Positions 46,701 to 60,237 of a DNA stretch of 64,000 nucleotides are shown one piece after another. The notes beneath the pieces were generated by a model. The model did not search any database. It was not told where the DNA came from and saw nothing but the letters and a program-made list of their open reading frames with translations. Made by a program: the position numbers and the translations under genes. Origin of the DNA: Guillardia theta CCMP2712 (lineage: Eukaryota > Protista > Cryptophyta); NCBI RefSeq assembly GCF_000315625.1, contig NW_005434663.1:463882-527881 (forward strand), read 5' to 3'. The stretch's first letter is position 1, and every line of letters starts with the position of its first letter.

Positions 46701-47138
46701 TGCAATCGACCTGGCCCTTGACATGATCTTGCTCCGCAAATGCGAAAAAGGTTTGTGGTATATCATAATTGTTCTGTTCAACCCTTGTACCTCGCTGCCA
46801 TAGTCATCTACAAACATGAACTTCTTATTCTGAGAGGCCAACCTCGACAACAGGGAGAGAAACTCGCCCGTTCCGTTGCCAGAAGAGCTCGCAAGTTGGT
46901 GCATGATTCTCTCGGGGCATCGCTTGTAGTGTCGAGAAGACATTCTCCTACATGCCGCTGCCAGCGTTCCTGCACAGACCTCGGGATCCTGGACTCGGCG
47001 TTCTCCACCGCCTCTGAGAGCTGAGGCCCTCAACGATGCAGGCACGGAAGAGGACAGGAGCTTTGACTCGCCGCTAACATCTCGTCCTCCATCGAGCACA
47101 GGCAGTGTAATGATCGCCATTGCTATCAGCAGCCGCAT
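43697..47138 (-). CDS. Predicted fusion protein: signal peptide + LRGG leader, OPR-like helical repeats, S4-like segment, RluA-family pseudouridine synthase (3' end approximate)
   Basis: RluA motifs VDKPGGVPS, HRLD, LLTGRTHQIRAQ, VIGDEMY, LCLQAKEI. The repeat-containing ORF 45696-47138 joins in frame via introns 45649-45699, ~45427-45477 and one near 45115-45250. Confidence 0.78.
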
Positions 47139-47454
47139 CGCCCATCCTCCTGATACAATGTAGAACCGGCTGAGTTCAGTCCGATCACGCGGCGCCGGGC
47201 ACAACTTGCAAAGCTGAGCCCGGCCCGCCCGGCCGGGCCCACCCCGTGGCGCACACTAACATGCGGCCCGGCCCGGCCGCGTGTACCGGACCCGTCAGTG
47301 CACCCGGGCCGTCACTCCGACCGGCCTGAGTGCCGCTCAGTCACGCACACGCGGCACTCACTGAGCCGGGACTGCCGCTTTCACCCGCTCAGAGGTCCAC
47401 GCTGAGGATACCTCCTGAGGAGAACTCGGAAATGAGGAGGGTGTGTAGAGCAGC

Positions 47455-47484
47455 TTTACTCAAAGTTAAGTTAAAATCAGTACG
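47455..47484 (-). repeat. Dispersed intergenic motif copy (reverse)
   Basis: TTTACTCAAAGTTAAGTTAAAATCAGTACG. Confidence 0.85.
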
Positions 47485-47721
47485 GGAGCACCGTTCAACG
47501 GTTAGTTAGGTCTCCACGTTATGTCCCTCCAGGTCTCTCGGGACTCCATCGATGGAAGGCAGCAGTGTAAAGGGTGGGGTAGAAGAATTTCTTAGGAACA
47601 CCGGTTCTTTAGAGGTAAAAGAATGGGGACCGAGAGGGGGGGTGTAAACGAGTACAGGGTAGCCCCACCCTCTTTTTTCCACATATAAGACTTGGGAGAT
47701 CCACGCATAAACACGACGACC

Positions 47722-48617
47722 ATGCGCGCCATTCTTCTCATCGCAGCGGCCAGCAGCGCCTGCGCCTTCCTCCCTTCCGCCCCTCTGTCTCCTTCCCTTG
47801 GTCTCGCCAAAGCCGCTCATACAACCCTCCCCCTGAGATCTCCTGCACGCGCTCGCCATGCGGTTGGGCCCAAAATGCAAGTCCAAGAGATTGCTGACCA
47901 GGCCATGACCTTGGCGGCATATCCTCAAGGCCTCGTGGATGCTGTCACCGCGTACATGAACCTCTACGTTCCTTTGTTCAAGGTGAGCGGAGAGATGATC
48001 GCCTGCCTTCGGCTGATGAGCGATATGCAGGGTTTGAATCTTCCTCCTTTCATGCTCCACTGGTTTCACGCGGTGATAATCATCTGTAAGCTCAACTGCT
48101 AGTACTGACTTGAATTCTCGAAGCTCAACATGGGAGTTGTCCTTGCTAGCATGGGTACCTACGGAACCATCTTGGGCTGGCAAATTCGCCAGAATCCCAA
48201 GTCAGCTGGTGAGCTTGCTGTTGGTCCCAACCTCGGTAAGACCACTTCGGAGCTCCATTCGACTTTGATGGGAGCGATGGTACGAACGAGACTGTGCTAT
48301 GTGCTTTCACTAAGCATGCTTGACTCCAGGGTCTTATCTTCTTCCTTGGAGCAAACGGAGGACTCGTTCTCTCTCTCGTCCAGGACAAGCCGATCATGCA
48401 GTCTACCCACTTCACCTCCGCCATGGTCGGATTCGCGCTTCTTGCCGCTCAGGCTTCCCTTACTACCCTCTTCAAGGGCGGAAACGCCAAGACTGCAAGA
48501 ACGGCCCACGCCTTCTTGGGATCTGCGACCATGGGTGTCTTCCTCTTCCACGCTTACCAGGGCCTCCAGCTCGGCCTTGAGTACAGCGCGCCAGCAATTG
48601 TTGCTTCAGTGCAGTGA
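47722..48617 (+). CDS. Plastid-targeted DUF4079-family membrane protein
   Basis: Bipartite leader MRAILLIAAASSACA|FLPS; WFHA…LGWQIR, HSTLM, MQSTHF, RTAHAFLGS…HAYQGLQLGL; three short introns. Confidence 0.8.
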
Positions 48618-48700
48618 GTGAAATCTTTGGAATTTTATATACAAAGATTTGATGGGTCAGTATGTTTGCTATGCTGGAATCATACAAGGCTGAGCCTTTC

Positions 48701-51232
48701 TCACTCGAAGATTGTCCGAACGAAATCTTCGTAGAAGATGAAGCCGTTCTTCTGCTGATCCCACCTGCCCATGAGTGCGATTATCTCGTCTTCATCCAAC
48801 TCGAAGTTGAACTTGCGGATAACGTTCACCAAATCGTCGAGAGAGACAGCGCCGCTCTGCTCTTCGTCGATCAACCTGAAAACATTCATGATCTCCCTGG
48901 ACATGCCTTGGACTTTATTCCGCATCTTCTGGTGGATGAGATCGATACTGACAATGTTGTCCAGCTTGCCCTTGTGAATGTATCGCAGAGTGAACTTGTC
49001 TGTCTCCAGCAAGCTGAAGGGATAATTGTTGATCCAAACTGTTCCTGGCAGTTCGATCAAGAGATCTTGCTCTGTCATCCAGTCGCCAAACTTCGCTTTG
49101 TGGCGAATCACCCGCTGCCGTTCTAGAAACTTTCCTCCAACAAACCCAGAGTTCTGGATGGGAGGCTCGTAGATGGAGAGGGAGCCATCTCCCATGAAGT
49201 AGGAGATCACAAATCGACGCTTGTGATCGTCAGGGTTCACCATGCTCATTTTCTCTATGTCAAATTTGGCCTTCCACCTATCATAGAGCGTCAACTCAAT
49301 CACTCAGCACACTTGATCACCTGAAGATGATGGAGTCTAGCGCAGCTTGTTTGGTCCGATCATACTTCCTCGGTTTGGGTATCAGGTTGAAGTAGGATGC
49401 AAGGGAATCGTGCTCGCTGCCGAACCCGTTGTAGGGCGGGAGTGGCATGCTGGGGAACTCTACGTGAGTTTCCGGCTCCACCTGATTTGCTGGCTGCTCG
49501 ACTCCATACTGATGCAAATAGTATTCCCTCGTGAAGCTGTCACAGTCGTACAAGAACATGTCTCTCCCAAAGATCTCAATCGTGTTTCCTACGATGAGGT
49601 CTTTGTCGCTGATATACCTACAACCAAATTAACAGAAGCCAGCCGGTCAGGAGAGGCTTACTCATCTTCGAAATCTTCTTCTTTACTTCCCACTGAAGGG
49701 ACGCCTCGAAAAACACGCGGAACGCGCTGTTTCTTCACTAGTTTTGGGAAGCTGTGTATCACCCCATTGTTATCATCGGCAATAAACAATCTTAATCATC
49801 TCACGGATCTCTTCCGGAGTTTTGCTGCTTCACTTCCAAAACCTGATAAAACCTTTCAGAACAATAGGAATACCATGGTCCGACACCTCTATCTTGTCGT
49901 CCTGCAGAAAATAGTTGATGATATACTCTAACTTCTGTCCGAACATGCTGGATCTGTCATCCCATTGCGCATAGAATCGTAGAACCTTCGTTTGATCTAT
50001 CATTGCAATGACACTATCCTCACACCTGTACCTTGTTGGCATATTTCAAGAACTTCTCTCGCATATCTCTCTTCTGGGCTGTAGTCAAGGTTGCAATAGA
50101 GGATTCAACCCGATATCTGGGGAACAAAATATCAGAGGTTTTGCGGGTCATCTTCTGCAAGATCTGACGTGTCTTCTGATTTGTTGTCGAGTATTTCATT
50201 GTACGAGCTAGTTGTCATGGGGCTAGCTGCTCCTCGATTCATCTTGGATTCAGACAACGCCCGTTGCGACATGTATTTGTCTTCTGGAATGATAGACTCA
50301 AACTCCAAATTCAAACCATTTGCCTGCGAGGTCAAATAAGGGATTCAGCAAAAAAATCTTCTGCATCACCTCAAAAAAATTTTGAGTGAAGTGATTGCAG
50401 GAGGTCAGGTGAAACTCTCTGTTGTATATATTGATCACAGTCGTACTCGCAAAGTCGAAGAGCGTAACAAACTCCTACAACACGACAGGGAAGAGGATGT
50501 CAGCAGAGCCAGCAGAATGTTGGCAGAAACCTGGCTGCCCAACTCTTGCTTCGGGACTCTGTGTCGCTTCATGAACACTCCTTGAGCATACCCGCTGTTC
50601 TGCTGTCTATGTTCGTTGATCTGTTTGAACATTATTACGAAAACAGCAGGATGGAGGTTTGTCATTCCTGGATGGAGTCGTCCACAAGATGATACAAGAT
50701 CGTGAATTTCCTGACCCTTGAAGGCTCCGACAAGTTCTCTGGCACTTGTTCGGTGATGAACGCTTCGAACCTGAGACGCTCTCAATGCAATGACGCCAAT
50801 CTGTGCAGGCAGAATGCACCTCAAAACCTTCCCGTCAAGACCAGCGAATGCCGGAATGAACTCTGATGAGTTTTCAGCTGAGATCGACCGATAGTTCGAA
50901 ACTTGTGATGGAACCACGCTCTGATGATGTAGATGTCAGGAAACAAAGCAACTCGTACAACTCTCAGCAATCTGGCAACCGGAGGTCTGGACGGCGACGC
51001 TGGGGCTCCATCATCGCGGATAGGAACATCGTGCTGAATGGGCGTCCCACTGCGGTAATCGAAGATGTGTGACTTGCGAAAGTTTGTACGCTGCAGAAAG
51101 GATCATGATGGTGTTGAGTAGATGTGAAATAGACATCGTCATTACGTTGGGGTCGGAGAAGGAGTTGCCAGGAAGGAAAGGAATGCCTTGATCCGGAGGG
51201 AACAGAGAAAGAGAAGACGAAGGCCTAGACAT
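48701..51232 (-). CDS. EFHC1: EFHC1/EFHC2 (Rib72)-like ciliary protein: three DM10 domains plus EF-hands
   Basis: PFLPGNSF, DGKVLR, KVLRFYAQWDDRSSMFG…YFLQDDKIE, LPPYNGFGSEHDSL, RRFVISYFMGDGSLSIYEPPIQNSGFVGGKFLER, C-terminal EF-hand pair. Confidence 0.9.
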
Positions 51233-51444
51233 CAGTTTGAAGACCTGAGGTGGTGGAGTAAGAAGAGTGTCGATGATATTAGCAGAGATTGAGATGCAGC
51301 AGCTAATTGTGCTCCACTAGGGATTCAATCTACTTCGCAATCAAGGTCCGTTTGCTCAGGCTTCAGATGTTTGCTCAACCGTCTCCATATCACATCTGTC
51401 TCGTTCATGGGAGCTCTCGAGCAGACCTCCGAGAATCGTTCCAG

Positions 51445-51575
51445 TCTTCTTCTATCCTCCTGCTCCTCTACTATCCTCCTGCTCTTCTCCTATCCTCCTG
51501 CTCTTCTACTATCCTCCTGCTCTTCTCCTATATCCTCCTGCATCTCTACCACTTCCTGCTCTTCTCCTATCCTCC
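51445..51575. repeat. Degenerate ~19-bp tandem repeat (TCCTCCTGCTCTTCT(C/A)CTA)
   Basis: Direct inspection; about six units. Confidence 0.85.
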
Positions 51576-51865
51576 CGCTTTTCTGTCTCGGCCACGCCTC
51601 AGCATGGCTTTCACCAACCGATGCTGCCGTTGAAGCACCACCCCTCGAACGAACCCTCCACCTGGGCCCACCCACCCCTCTCGCTAAGAGCTTTCAAAAG
51701 GTAGCAAGTGGGGCTCATCAGTCAAAACTGACGGTACGGTACGGGCGTGGTCCTGTACCATGATTCTTTACTCAACAAGACACTGAGTTTTTTACGCCGG
51801 GTCCGACCCGGCAGGCCCCGGACCGTACCAGCGCTGACTCGCCAGACCGTTTGGCTGGTGATCGG

Positions 51866-52740
51866 ACTCTTTACTCAAAGTTAAGTTAAAAATCAGTAGT
51901 GAGGACAATCAGGAGAGTCGAGGAGGCTTGACCGTTTACTCAAAGTTAAGTGAAACGGAGTGACTGTCAGTGTCGCACAGGCCAAACGGACCGTGTCCGG
52001 TCGGACCGTCACCCCCCGCCCGGCGGGCCTGGCCGCGAGGCGAGTCGCGGCGACGGTCCCGAGTCCCGGCAGTAGGCCCTGGCTTCAGTGGGTTAGTCCG
52101 GGCCTTTCTTGCCGCGTCTCGAGTCGGGGCGGGCGCATTCGGCAGTACTCAGTAATCCTCAGGCCCGGGATCAGATGCCGCTGCCACGGTGCCCATGCAT
52201 CATGGCATCCGAGATAAGGGCCGCCCCTGAATCTTGCTCGGAACTAATTTGCTACAATGGGTTGAAACTTTTTTTTTGCCTGTTTATCAACGTGACAGGG
52301 AATTGGTTCAACTTGCCATACTTTTTTCAACGGGCTACTGATTGGAAAACTTGGTACTGATACTGAGGGCCGGGCTCCGCCGAGGCGGCGCGGCGGCTCA
52401 GCGGCTGCGCCCACTGGCTCGTACTGATTTTTGACTTAACTTTGTGAGTAAACTATGCCGCAGTTAACCCCTTCTCGCGCCGTGTCCTCCGAGGCTCCGG
52501 CGGCGATCGGATACTGGATTTTCACTTAACTTTGAGTAAAGACTCATCCGGGCGAGTCACTGAGTACTCTTCTCACCGTTTGGCCTGTCACGGTGCGACA
52601 GTGTCTGAGGGTCAAGCCTCCCCTCCTCTTCCGGGGAGTCCGTTCTCCTTGCGTTCTCTTCCGCTCTCCTTCTCTTCTTTTCCGAGTCGACTCTCCTGAT
52701 TGTCCTCGTACTGATTTTAACTTCACTTTGAGTAAAGAGT
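51866..52740. mobile_element. Foldback/MITE-like element bounded by ~55-bp inverted copies of the dispersed motif
   Basis: 51866-51921 is the near-perfect reverse complement of 52687-52740; inner inverted pair 51935-51955 and 52520-52540; extra copy at 52418-52452. No TSD seen. Confidence 0.6.
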
Positions 52741-53553
52741 TGAAGGGCTGGCCGCGGGCCGCCCAGTGACCGTAGTGCAGTGAAACTAAATAGCTCGGAG
52801 CCCGGAGTTATCCGATCGGATCCGACCGCGGCTGACCGGAGCCTCCCGGGCGCTCGTGACCAAAAGTAAGCTAATTGATTTTAAGGTGATTTAAATGGTC
52901 AAGCTAAATATCATATCCTGTGCTCCGTGTAGCGCCTACAAGGACAACCCCTACCCCCTAGGCTTCAGACCCACCCTCAAGAACATATTTGACCCCCACA
53001 AAAATAGTTTTAACTGACTCTGCGGAAATAAAAAGACTTGCGAGGAGGGGTGGCCTGACCCCTTGAAGGGAACTAAAATGAGGGGGTAGCATGTGTAGTT
53101 CGGTAACGTGACACAGTCAATACAAAAGATAGAGGTATTCAATGAAAATGAAAATGCAGGGGAGAAAGAGCAATCAGATGACAGGGAGGGAAGCGAAGGA
53201 TGGAAGAGAGGTAGGAAAAGATCGAGTTAAAGGGAGTGTAAGGTCAAATCTATCGAGTATACTGCTAAAAACAGGTTTCGTATCATGCGTGAGCTTAGGT
53301 CAGTAGTGCGAAGAGAAAGAGATCGTACACAAGGTTCAGGTGCTGGAGGTAAATACATCTAGCAGTGCGATGACGTTGGGTGGTGAACGGAATGAATGAA
53401 ATTGGAGCAATAATTGAAGTCTTTTCTTTGCAGGTTGAGGCTGAGTTGGCCATCAAACTTTGATGTGAAACTGGGGTCCTGCGGAATCCCTCAATATGTC
53501 TTACTGCGACAAAATAGTTCCATGGCATCCCGATCGCTCTTGAACTATCTTGG

Positions 53554-56500
53554 ATGGTTGCCGAAATTCTGCAGGCTCAAAGTATATTCATCGAGCCCGA
53601 TCTTAAGACGAAGGCCTCCATGATCGTCCCAAATGACATCGCGCTCTCAGTCTCTTCGTCTCCAGACTGTTTTGTCTCCCTTCATGATGTCTCTGTCGAT
53701 TGTGAAGTTCACAATGACCTTCGCACGAGAATCTGCACTGGTAACTCGAGCAATCAGGTCTTTATTCTTCAAAACATCAGCACAGTGTTTCAACCCGGCA
53801 GGCTCTGCCTTGTCTTGGGTCCCCCAAACTCGGGGAAAAGCACTTTGCTGAGGCTAGTTTCCAAGAGACTAGATGACAACCTTCGGACAACAGGGCAGGT
53901 CTTATACAATGGCAAGGAGCTTTCAGATGACTTTGCTAGGTCGATGATTGGTTATGTTCCTCAAGACGATATCCACTATCCTGTGCTGACCGTTGCTGAG
54001 ACTCTAAGGTTTGCAGCCAAGAGCATGTTGCACAACGAGAGCGAAGAGGAGGTGGAAGAAAGATTGAACAAGGTGTTGACCCTGTTTGATCTGGTGGGAT
54101 GCAAAGATACGCGAGTCGGGAATCATGAATCAAGAGGAATCTCCGGGGGAGAAAAGAAGCGCCTCACATGCGCGGAGCAAATGATTGTCGACCATCCCGT
54201 TGTTTGCATGGATGAGATCAGTACAGGGCTTGATTCGGCTGGTAAGTTTTTTAGAGCGGAATTTCTTTTCTAAGTCCTTTCCTTGTAGTCACGCAGAAGA
54301 TCATCAGCGGGCTGCGCGATCTCTGCTATGATAAGAGAATGACAGTGATCGTATCTCTGCTCCAGCCGAGCATCGAAATCTACAACATGTTTGACGACTT
54401 GTTGCTTCTGAGTGCCACAGGAAGGCTGTTATATCATGGTCCAACAAACCAGGCCGCATCATACTTCGATACCCAGGGATTTGCTTGTCCCGAATACTTC
54501 GAATTCTCCCATTTCCTCGTCTCGCTCTGCACGCTGGATGCGCGAGAGGTGCTGAAGAGGAACAGCATCTTTGAGGGGTTGACTTCCTGCGACGAGCTGA
54601 GCCAGGCGTGGAGCTCGTCCGAGTACATGTCCGAGGTCATCAACCCCTTGTTTGAGGTTGTTGAGGTCAGGAAAACTAGCGAGGAGCACGACCTGGAGCA
54701 CGAGAGAGGTAGTTACACTCGCCCCCTGGTGTCGCTGTGGAAGATGTTCTGGTTGAATCTTTACCGCCATAGAGATGTTCTCATCAGGGACCCTGTGTTC
54801 GTCAAGCAAAGATGCATACAGATGTCATTCCAGGGGATCATGTTAGGGACAATCTTCTGGAACGAGCAGCAGCACTACCTCAAGATCTCCGTCCTCTTCA
54901 TAGCGAGCACCATGGTGATGATGGGGAATCTGGCAATGGTGGAGATTGTTGCGGCGAAGAAGAGGATCTACTGCATTCACCGGAACTGCAACCTGTTCTT
55001 CACGTCAATCTACGGGGTTACCGAGGCTCTGACAGAGGTGCCGCTGCATGCGGTTGAGGCCATCGCCTTCTCCTTCACCTTCTACTTCTTCATAGGGTTC
55101 TACCCGCAGTCTTTCCCTGTCTTCCTCCTCTGCATCTTCGTCGCAATCGTCATGTACACGACAGCATGGAAGTGCGTTGCTGCCGCGTTCCGCAACAGGT
55201 CGATCGCCATGACCGTCGTCCTCTCTATCTGCACGCTGTCCTTCTGCTACTCTGGCTTCTTAATCACCAAGGACTCCTTCCCCTCCTTTCTCGGTTGGAT
55301 TTACTGGATCTTTCCCTTCCCTTTCGTTCTCCGCGCTCTGGCTATCAACGAGTTCTCCTCCTCGGGGAAGAGCGGGCAGTACGACATGATCATTAACGAC
55401 CACATACATCCAGCAGCAAGGTGGGGAGATATCTTTCTGATAGCGTCGGGCATCCCAGTCGACAAGATTTGGATAGGAGCGTGCTTCATCTACGTGGGGT
55501 CGCTCTTTGCTCTCTTCATCTTCCTCTACACAGTCAGCCTTGAGAGACAGAGGTTCAGCAGGCGGGCAGGAAGCTCGTTGCAGACACTTCTCTCCCGGGA
55601 GAAGGGCTGCATGCAGCTGGAAGCGCAGTTCTGCGAGGGGAACAGGAGCTTCGACAACGCGCTAAGTGTCCTGGGGCATCCCCAGCTCCAGACTATGGCA
55701 TGCTCTCTTGCTATCAAAAACCTCGGATTCACTCTACAGTCTCAACCCCCCCCATCCTCCTCCTCCTCCTCCTCCTCCTCCATGCTGCAAAGGTATCCGG
55801 TTCTCCTTCGGGACATCAATGCCATCTTTCGTCCTGGCACGGTGACGGCGCTGATGGGGAGCTCGGGAGCAGGGAAGACAACGTTGCTTGACGTGCTGGC
55901 GGGCAGGAAGACAACTGGGAAGACGAGCGGGGACATCCTTGTCAATGGGCATCCTCGCGAAATGGCATCCTTCTCCCGTCTGTGCGGGTACGTGGAGCAA
56001 GAGAACATGCAGTTCCCTTACGCCACCGTGAGAGAGTCCCTGCTGTTCTCGGCGAGCCTGCGGCTAGACTCCTCCGTGTCGGAGGAGGAGAGGGAGAGGA
56101 TGGTGGAGGCAGTGATCGACCTGATCGAGCTCCGCCCCATCCTCGATGAAGTCATCGACCTGGAGCAGACGTCTCTGACCAACGAGCAGAGGAAGCGACT
56201 CTCCATCGCCGTGGAGATGATCGCCAACCCCTCCATCCTCTTCCTCGACGAGCCCACGTCCGGGCTGGACTCCCGCTCTGTGAGGAGAGTGATGAATACC
56301 ATCAGGAGAATTGCATCCTGCGGCAAGACCGTCATCTGCACCATCCACCAGCCGTCCTCGGAGGTGTTCAGCATGTTTGACGAGCTCCTCCTCCTCAATC
56401 ACGGCGGCGTCGCTTTCTACGGGGACCTGGGCCCCACCAAGGAGAGCACAAGGACCAAGAGGACGTACAGGAGCGCGGGGAACGTTGTCAGCTTCTTCGA

Positions 56501-58372
56501 GCAGCTCTCGGAGCGAGTGCCGAAGTTGGAGGCAGGACAGAACCCCGCGGACTACATCCTGCAGGTGACCAGCTCGGGCTCGGAGACTGGGAGGTCGATC
56601 GACTTCGTGGAGGAGTACAACAGGTCGGCGCTGAAGCAGGAGAATCTCCGAAGGCTCGACGAGCTGCCACCCTCCGACAAGCTCGACCTCCAGCAGAGGA
56701 GTGCGAGCACTTTGCGGCAGCTGGCCGTGTGCTCGACGAGGTGGTTCAGGTACCACTGGAGGAACGTGACATACAACCGGACGAGGATCATCATCGCCAT
56801 CTTCGTCTCGCTGCTGTTCTCGCTCAACATCAAGCATCTCCTGCTCCCCAGGGTGGAGGACGAGGCTTCTCTTCAGACCTTCGAGGGCTGCCTCTTCGCC
56901 GGCTTCTTCTTCCTCTGTGCAGGACAGGTCATCCTCTCGATCGGGGTGTTCGGAGACACGATGATGGTCTTCTACAAGGAGCAGGTCGATTTGATTGTTC
57001 TCCTCCTCCTCCTACTCCTACTCCTACTCCTACTCCTACTCCTACTCCTACTCCTAACCTACTCCTACTCCTCCTGCTACTGCTACTGCTACTGCTACTG
57101 CTACTGCTACTGCTACTGCTACTACTCTTCCTTGTTCCCGCTCCGTCCCCTTCCTGCCTCCACTTCTCCCCCCCCTGCTCTCAGCTCCTTCCCGTCTCCT
57201 CCTCTTCTCCCTCATCGTCTGACATCATGGCAGTCGGTCTCGATGTATTCACCTGCTGTGCACCTGATCTCCGAGACGATCGCCGAGGTCCCATGGATCA
57301 TCGCCATCCTCATTATCCACATGATTGTCTTCTACCCTCTTGCCAACCTGTCGCCGCAGCCGCACGTGCTCGGCAACCACATCCTGGTCGCTCCCTTCTG
57401 AGCCCTCCCGCCTGTTCTCACTCCTCGCAGGCGATGTTTCTCTCCCTCCTCATGTTCACCAGCCTCGGGCAGATGATCTCCGTGCTGCTTCCCAGCACTA
57501 GGACTGCCTTCCTGGCCTCGGGCTTCTCCCTTGGTCTCCTCAACCTGTACTCCACCTTCTTTCTCCCGGTCTGCAGCTCCAACTCCATCTTCAAGTTTCA
57601 TCTGACTTGTTTCCTCCCTCCATCACTTTCTCTGCCTCCCTCTATCCTCTACGTCTTGTCTTCTCTCCCTCGCCTGTCTCCTTTCCATTCCCCTGCAATC
57701 TCCATCTCCTCACCCCCTCCTCTCTCGTCTCTCCTCTTTCTCTCCTCTCCTCTCCTCTCCTCTCTTCTCTTCTCTTCTCTTCTCTTCTCTTCTCTTCTCT
57801 TCTCTTCTCTCCTTGTACAGGTCTCGTTCTTCCCCTGGCCCTGGAGGATCTTTGCCTATATCATCCCTACTCAATTTTGTCTGCGCGCAACGATGCCGAA
57901 CCAGTTGTTCTGCTCTGTCTCCTGTATCCCCGACTTTGACCAGCCCAGCGTCTCCTGCCAGCACCACCAGGGCGAACCCTCTGCGGTCCACTCCTTGGAT
58001 GGTATGGGTGGTGAGGGGCCTGGATGTAGCATCATAGAAGACAGGTGATGACATGGGGAGAGAGGAGAGGATACGAAAATGAACAGCAGGATCGGAGAGG
58101 GGGGAAGGGAGGAGGCAGAGTGGAAGCAGAGGACGCGATGTTGAAGCTGTTACAGGCGAATGCTCATCTTCTCGAGGATGGGAGAGGAATGGACGATGAG
58201 CAGGTTGGGGACACGAACGCCGCGGGTGACGGTGTGGGACATGTTCAGCCTCAAGAACGAGTACCGAGACAGGCAGGAGGGGATTTTCCTCCTCCTTCTT
58301 GCCGCCTACTTTCTTTTCTTCCGTCTCGTCACCCTGTACGGGCTTGCACGGCTGCGCCATATTAGGAGATGA
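53554..58372 (+). CDS. Full-size ABCG/PDR-type ABC transporter
   Basis: NBD1 GPPNSGKST, GISGGEKKRLT, MDEISTGLDS; NBD2 GSSGAGKTTLLDVLAGRK, LFLDEPTSGLDS, CTIHQPS; NBD-TMD-NBD-TMD order. Confidence 0.93.
57001..57126. repeat. (CTCCTA)n and (CTGCTA)n microsatellites within an ABC transporter intron
   Basis: Follows a CAG|GT donor near 56985; these repeats produce the spurious poly-L and CY runs in the ORF track. Confidence 0.9.
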
Positions 58373-58522
58373 TCGGGAGAGGAGGAGGAGGAGGAGGAGG
58401 ACTGTAGATTCGTGGTTGTCTGCGTGTCATTCTTGTTCCCTTGCTACTTTACTCTATTCTTGCTTCACCTGGTTGTTTCACTTCTCCCCTTCTACACTTG
58501 TACTATTTGCTCCATCACGGCG

Positions 58523-60206
58523 TCATAAACAAGTGAAGCCTGTAACGCCTTTCAGCATCCTTTCACCCTGGCGCTCAATGCTCTTCCTGCCTTCTTCTCT
58601 CCCTCCCTCCCTCCTTTCCTCTCCTTCCTCCTCATCCCCATCTCTTGCCTTCCGTCCCCTCACCTTGTCTGTCACAGCGCTGCTGCTGTCGGAGGAAGAG
58701 GCAGATTCCGTCTCGATGAGACATTTGTCGGCATCAATGTGAACCTGGGAATCAAATATCAAAAACATCTCAATCATCTCATTCATCCTTTCATTCATGA
58801 TTGCATCTGTCATCTTGATCGCCAATTTCTCCATCATCGGTCTCTCACCTGTATTTGCAGACTTGCGATCTTGATCGTCAACCTCTCTTTCGACGACTTT
58901 CCGCTCGACACCATCTACATGAGCATCAGACGTGACCGATCCAACCCTTGAAATCATCATTTTCATGTCAAATGTCTCCCATGTTGTCACATTTTTCCCA
59001 TCTTGTCACGTCTTCTCTCACCTCACAGTCTTCGATCCCTCTTCTTTGCAACGACGACACCAGCGCCACAGGCCTGACGCTGCCATAGATGACGTTCTTC
59101 CACCAGCAGTCACTCTCCCCCCGGGTCAAGTCCATTCAATCTCGTCACCTCGAAGATGACGTCGCCGTCGGCTTTCACGCCGTTTTCAACCTTCATGTTG
59201 GACCGCAAAGTCTTGAGCGTCTTCACCCCATCTTGCTCTTGCAGGTTGCAGTTCACTCTAGCGACCAGCACGTCTCCGACACTCTTCACTTTCATCTGCC
59301 GTATGGATCATCTCTTGCAAACAAGACACGAAACTGATTGTTTGGCAACATCCATGTCTTCATACAGCTAGTGACACGTTCAGTAATGTCTTGCCTGCAT
59401 CGCGAGATCCACTTCCATCAGCATGGGGATGACAGATGAAGGAATCTGGACTGTGACAGTAGACCTGGGCGGAGTCAAGAAGGCCGGATCAGCGAGTTGC
59501 TTGCGCAAAGGAACAAGAGGGGAACGATATAGAAAGCCACCAATGAGAAGGATGCGAGAATAGCCAGCACAGGGTGGGTTTCAATTGAGCAACAAGGTGA
59601 CAGGACCACAAGGAAGAGTTGAGGAAGAAGAGGAGGGAGCAGGAGGAGGGGAGAGAAGGACGAGGAGAGGAGGGGAGGAGGGGAGGAGGATTCTTGTCCT
59701 ACAGGCAGCCCCAGTAGTTGCTGAAGGAATTCGAAGGGTCGGCAGGCATCCAGTAGCCAGGAGTGACGCTCGACTGAACGCTGTGATTGTGTTAGTGTGA
59801 ACGAAGAGCAGCGGCGAGGCGATGGGGGAAGGGGAGGAAAGACAGGGAAAGGTTCCAGGGGAGAGAGGAATCGAGGAGTGTGCTGGGAGTGTGCTGGGAG
59901 TGTGCTGGGAGTGGCTAACTTGAGGTGTTGGAGGACACTTTGCGCCTGTGGACAAGAGGGTCAGGCCTCCTACTCCTTCCCAGCTCCAGCATCGGCTCGC
60001 CTGAGCGGGAGTGAGACGGGAGTCGAGCGGGGCAAACATGATCTGCATATAGAGAGGGTGGTGAGGAGCGAGTAGACCCCTGGATGAGCGTCAGATAACA
60101 GACGAGGTCTCAAGGTTGACTGACCAGCCGTTGGCGTCGCTTCTCGTCTTATTCCAATGATTGTCCGTGAGAATCAGAGCGTTCTCGGCCTTCTGCCCCC
60201 ACCTGA

Positions 60207-60237
<31 letters not shown>

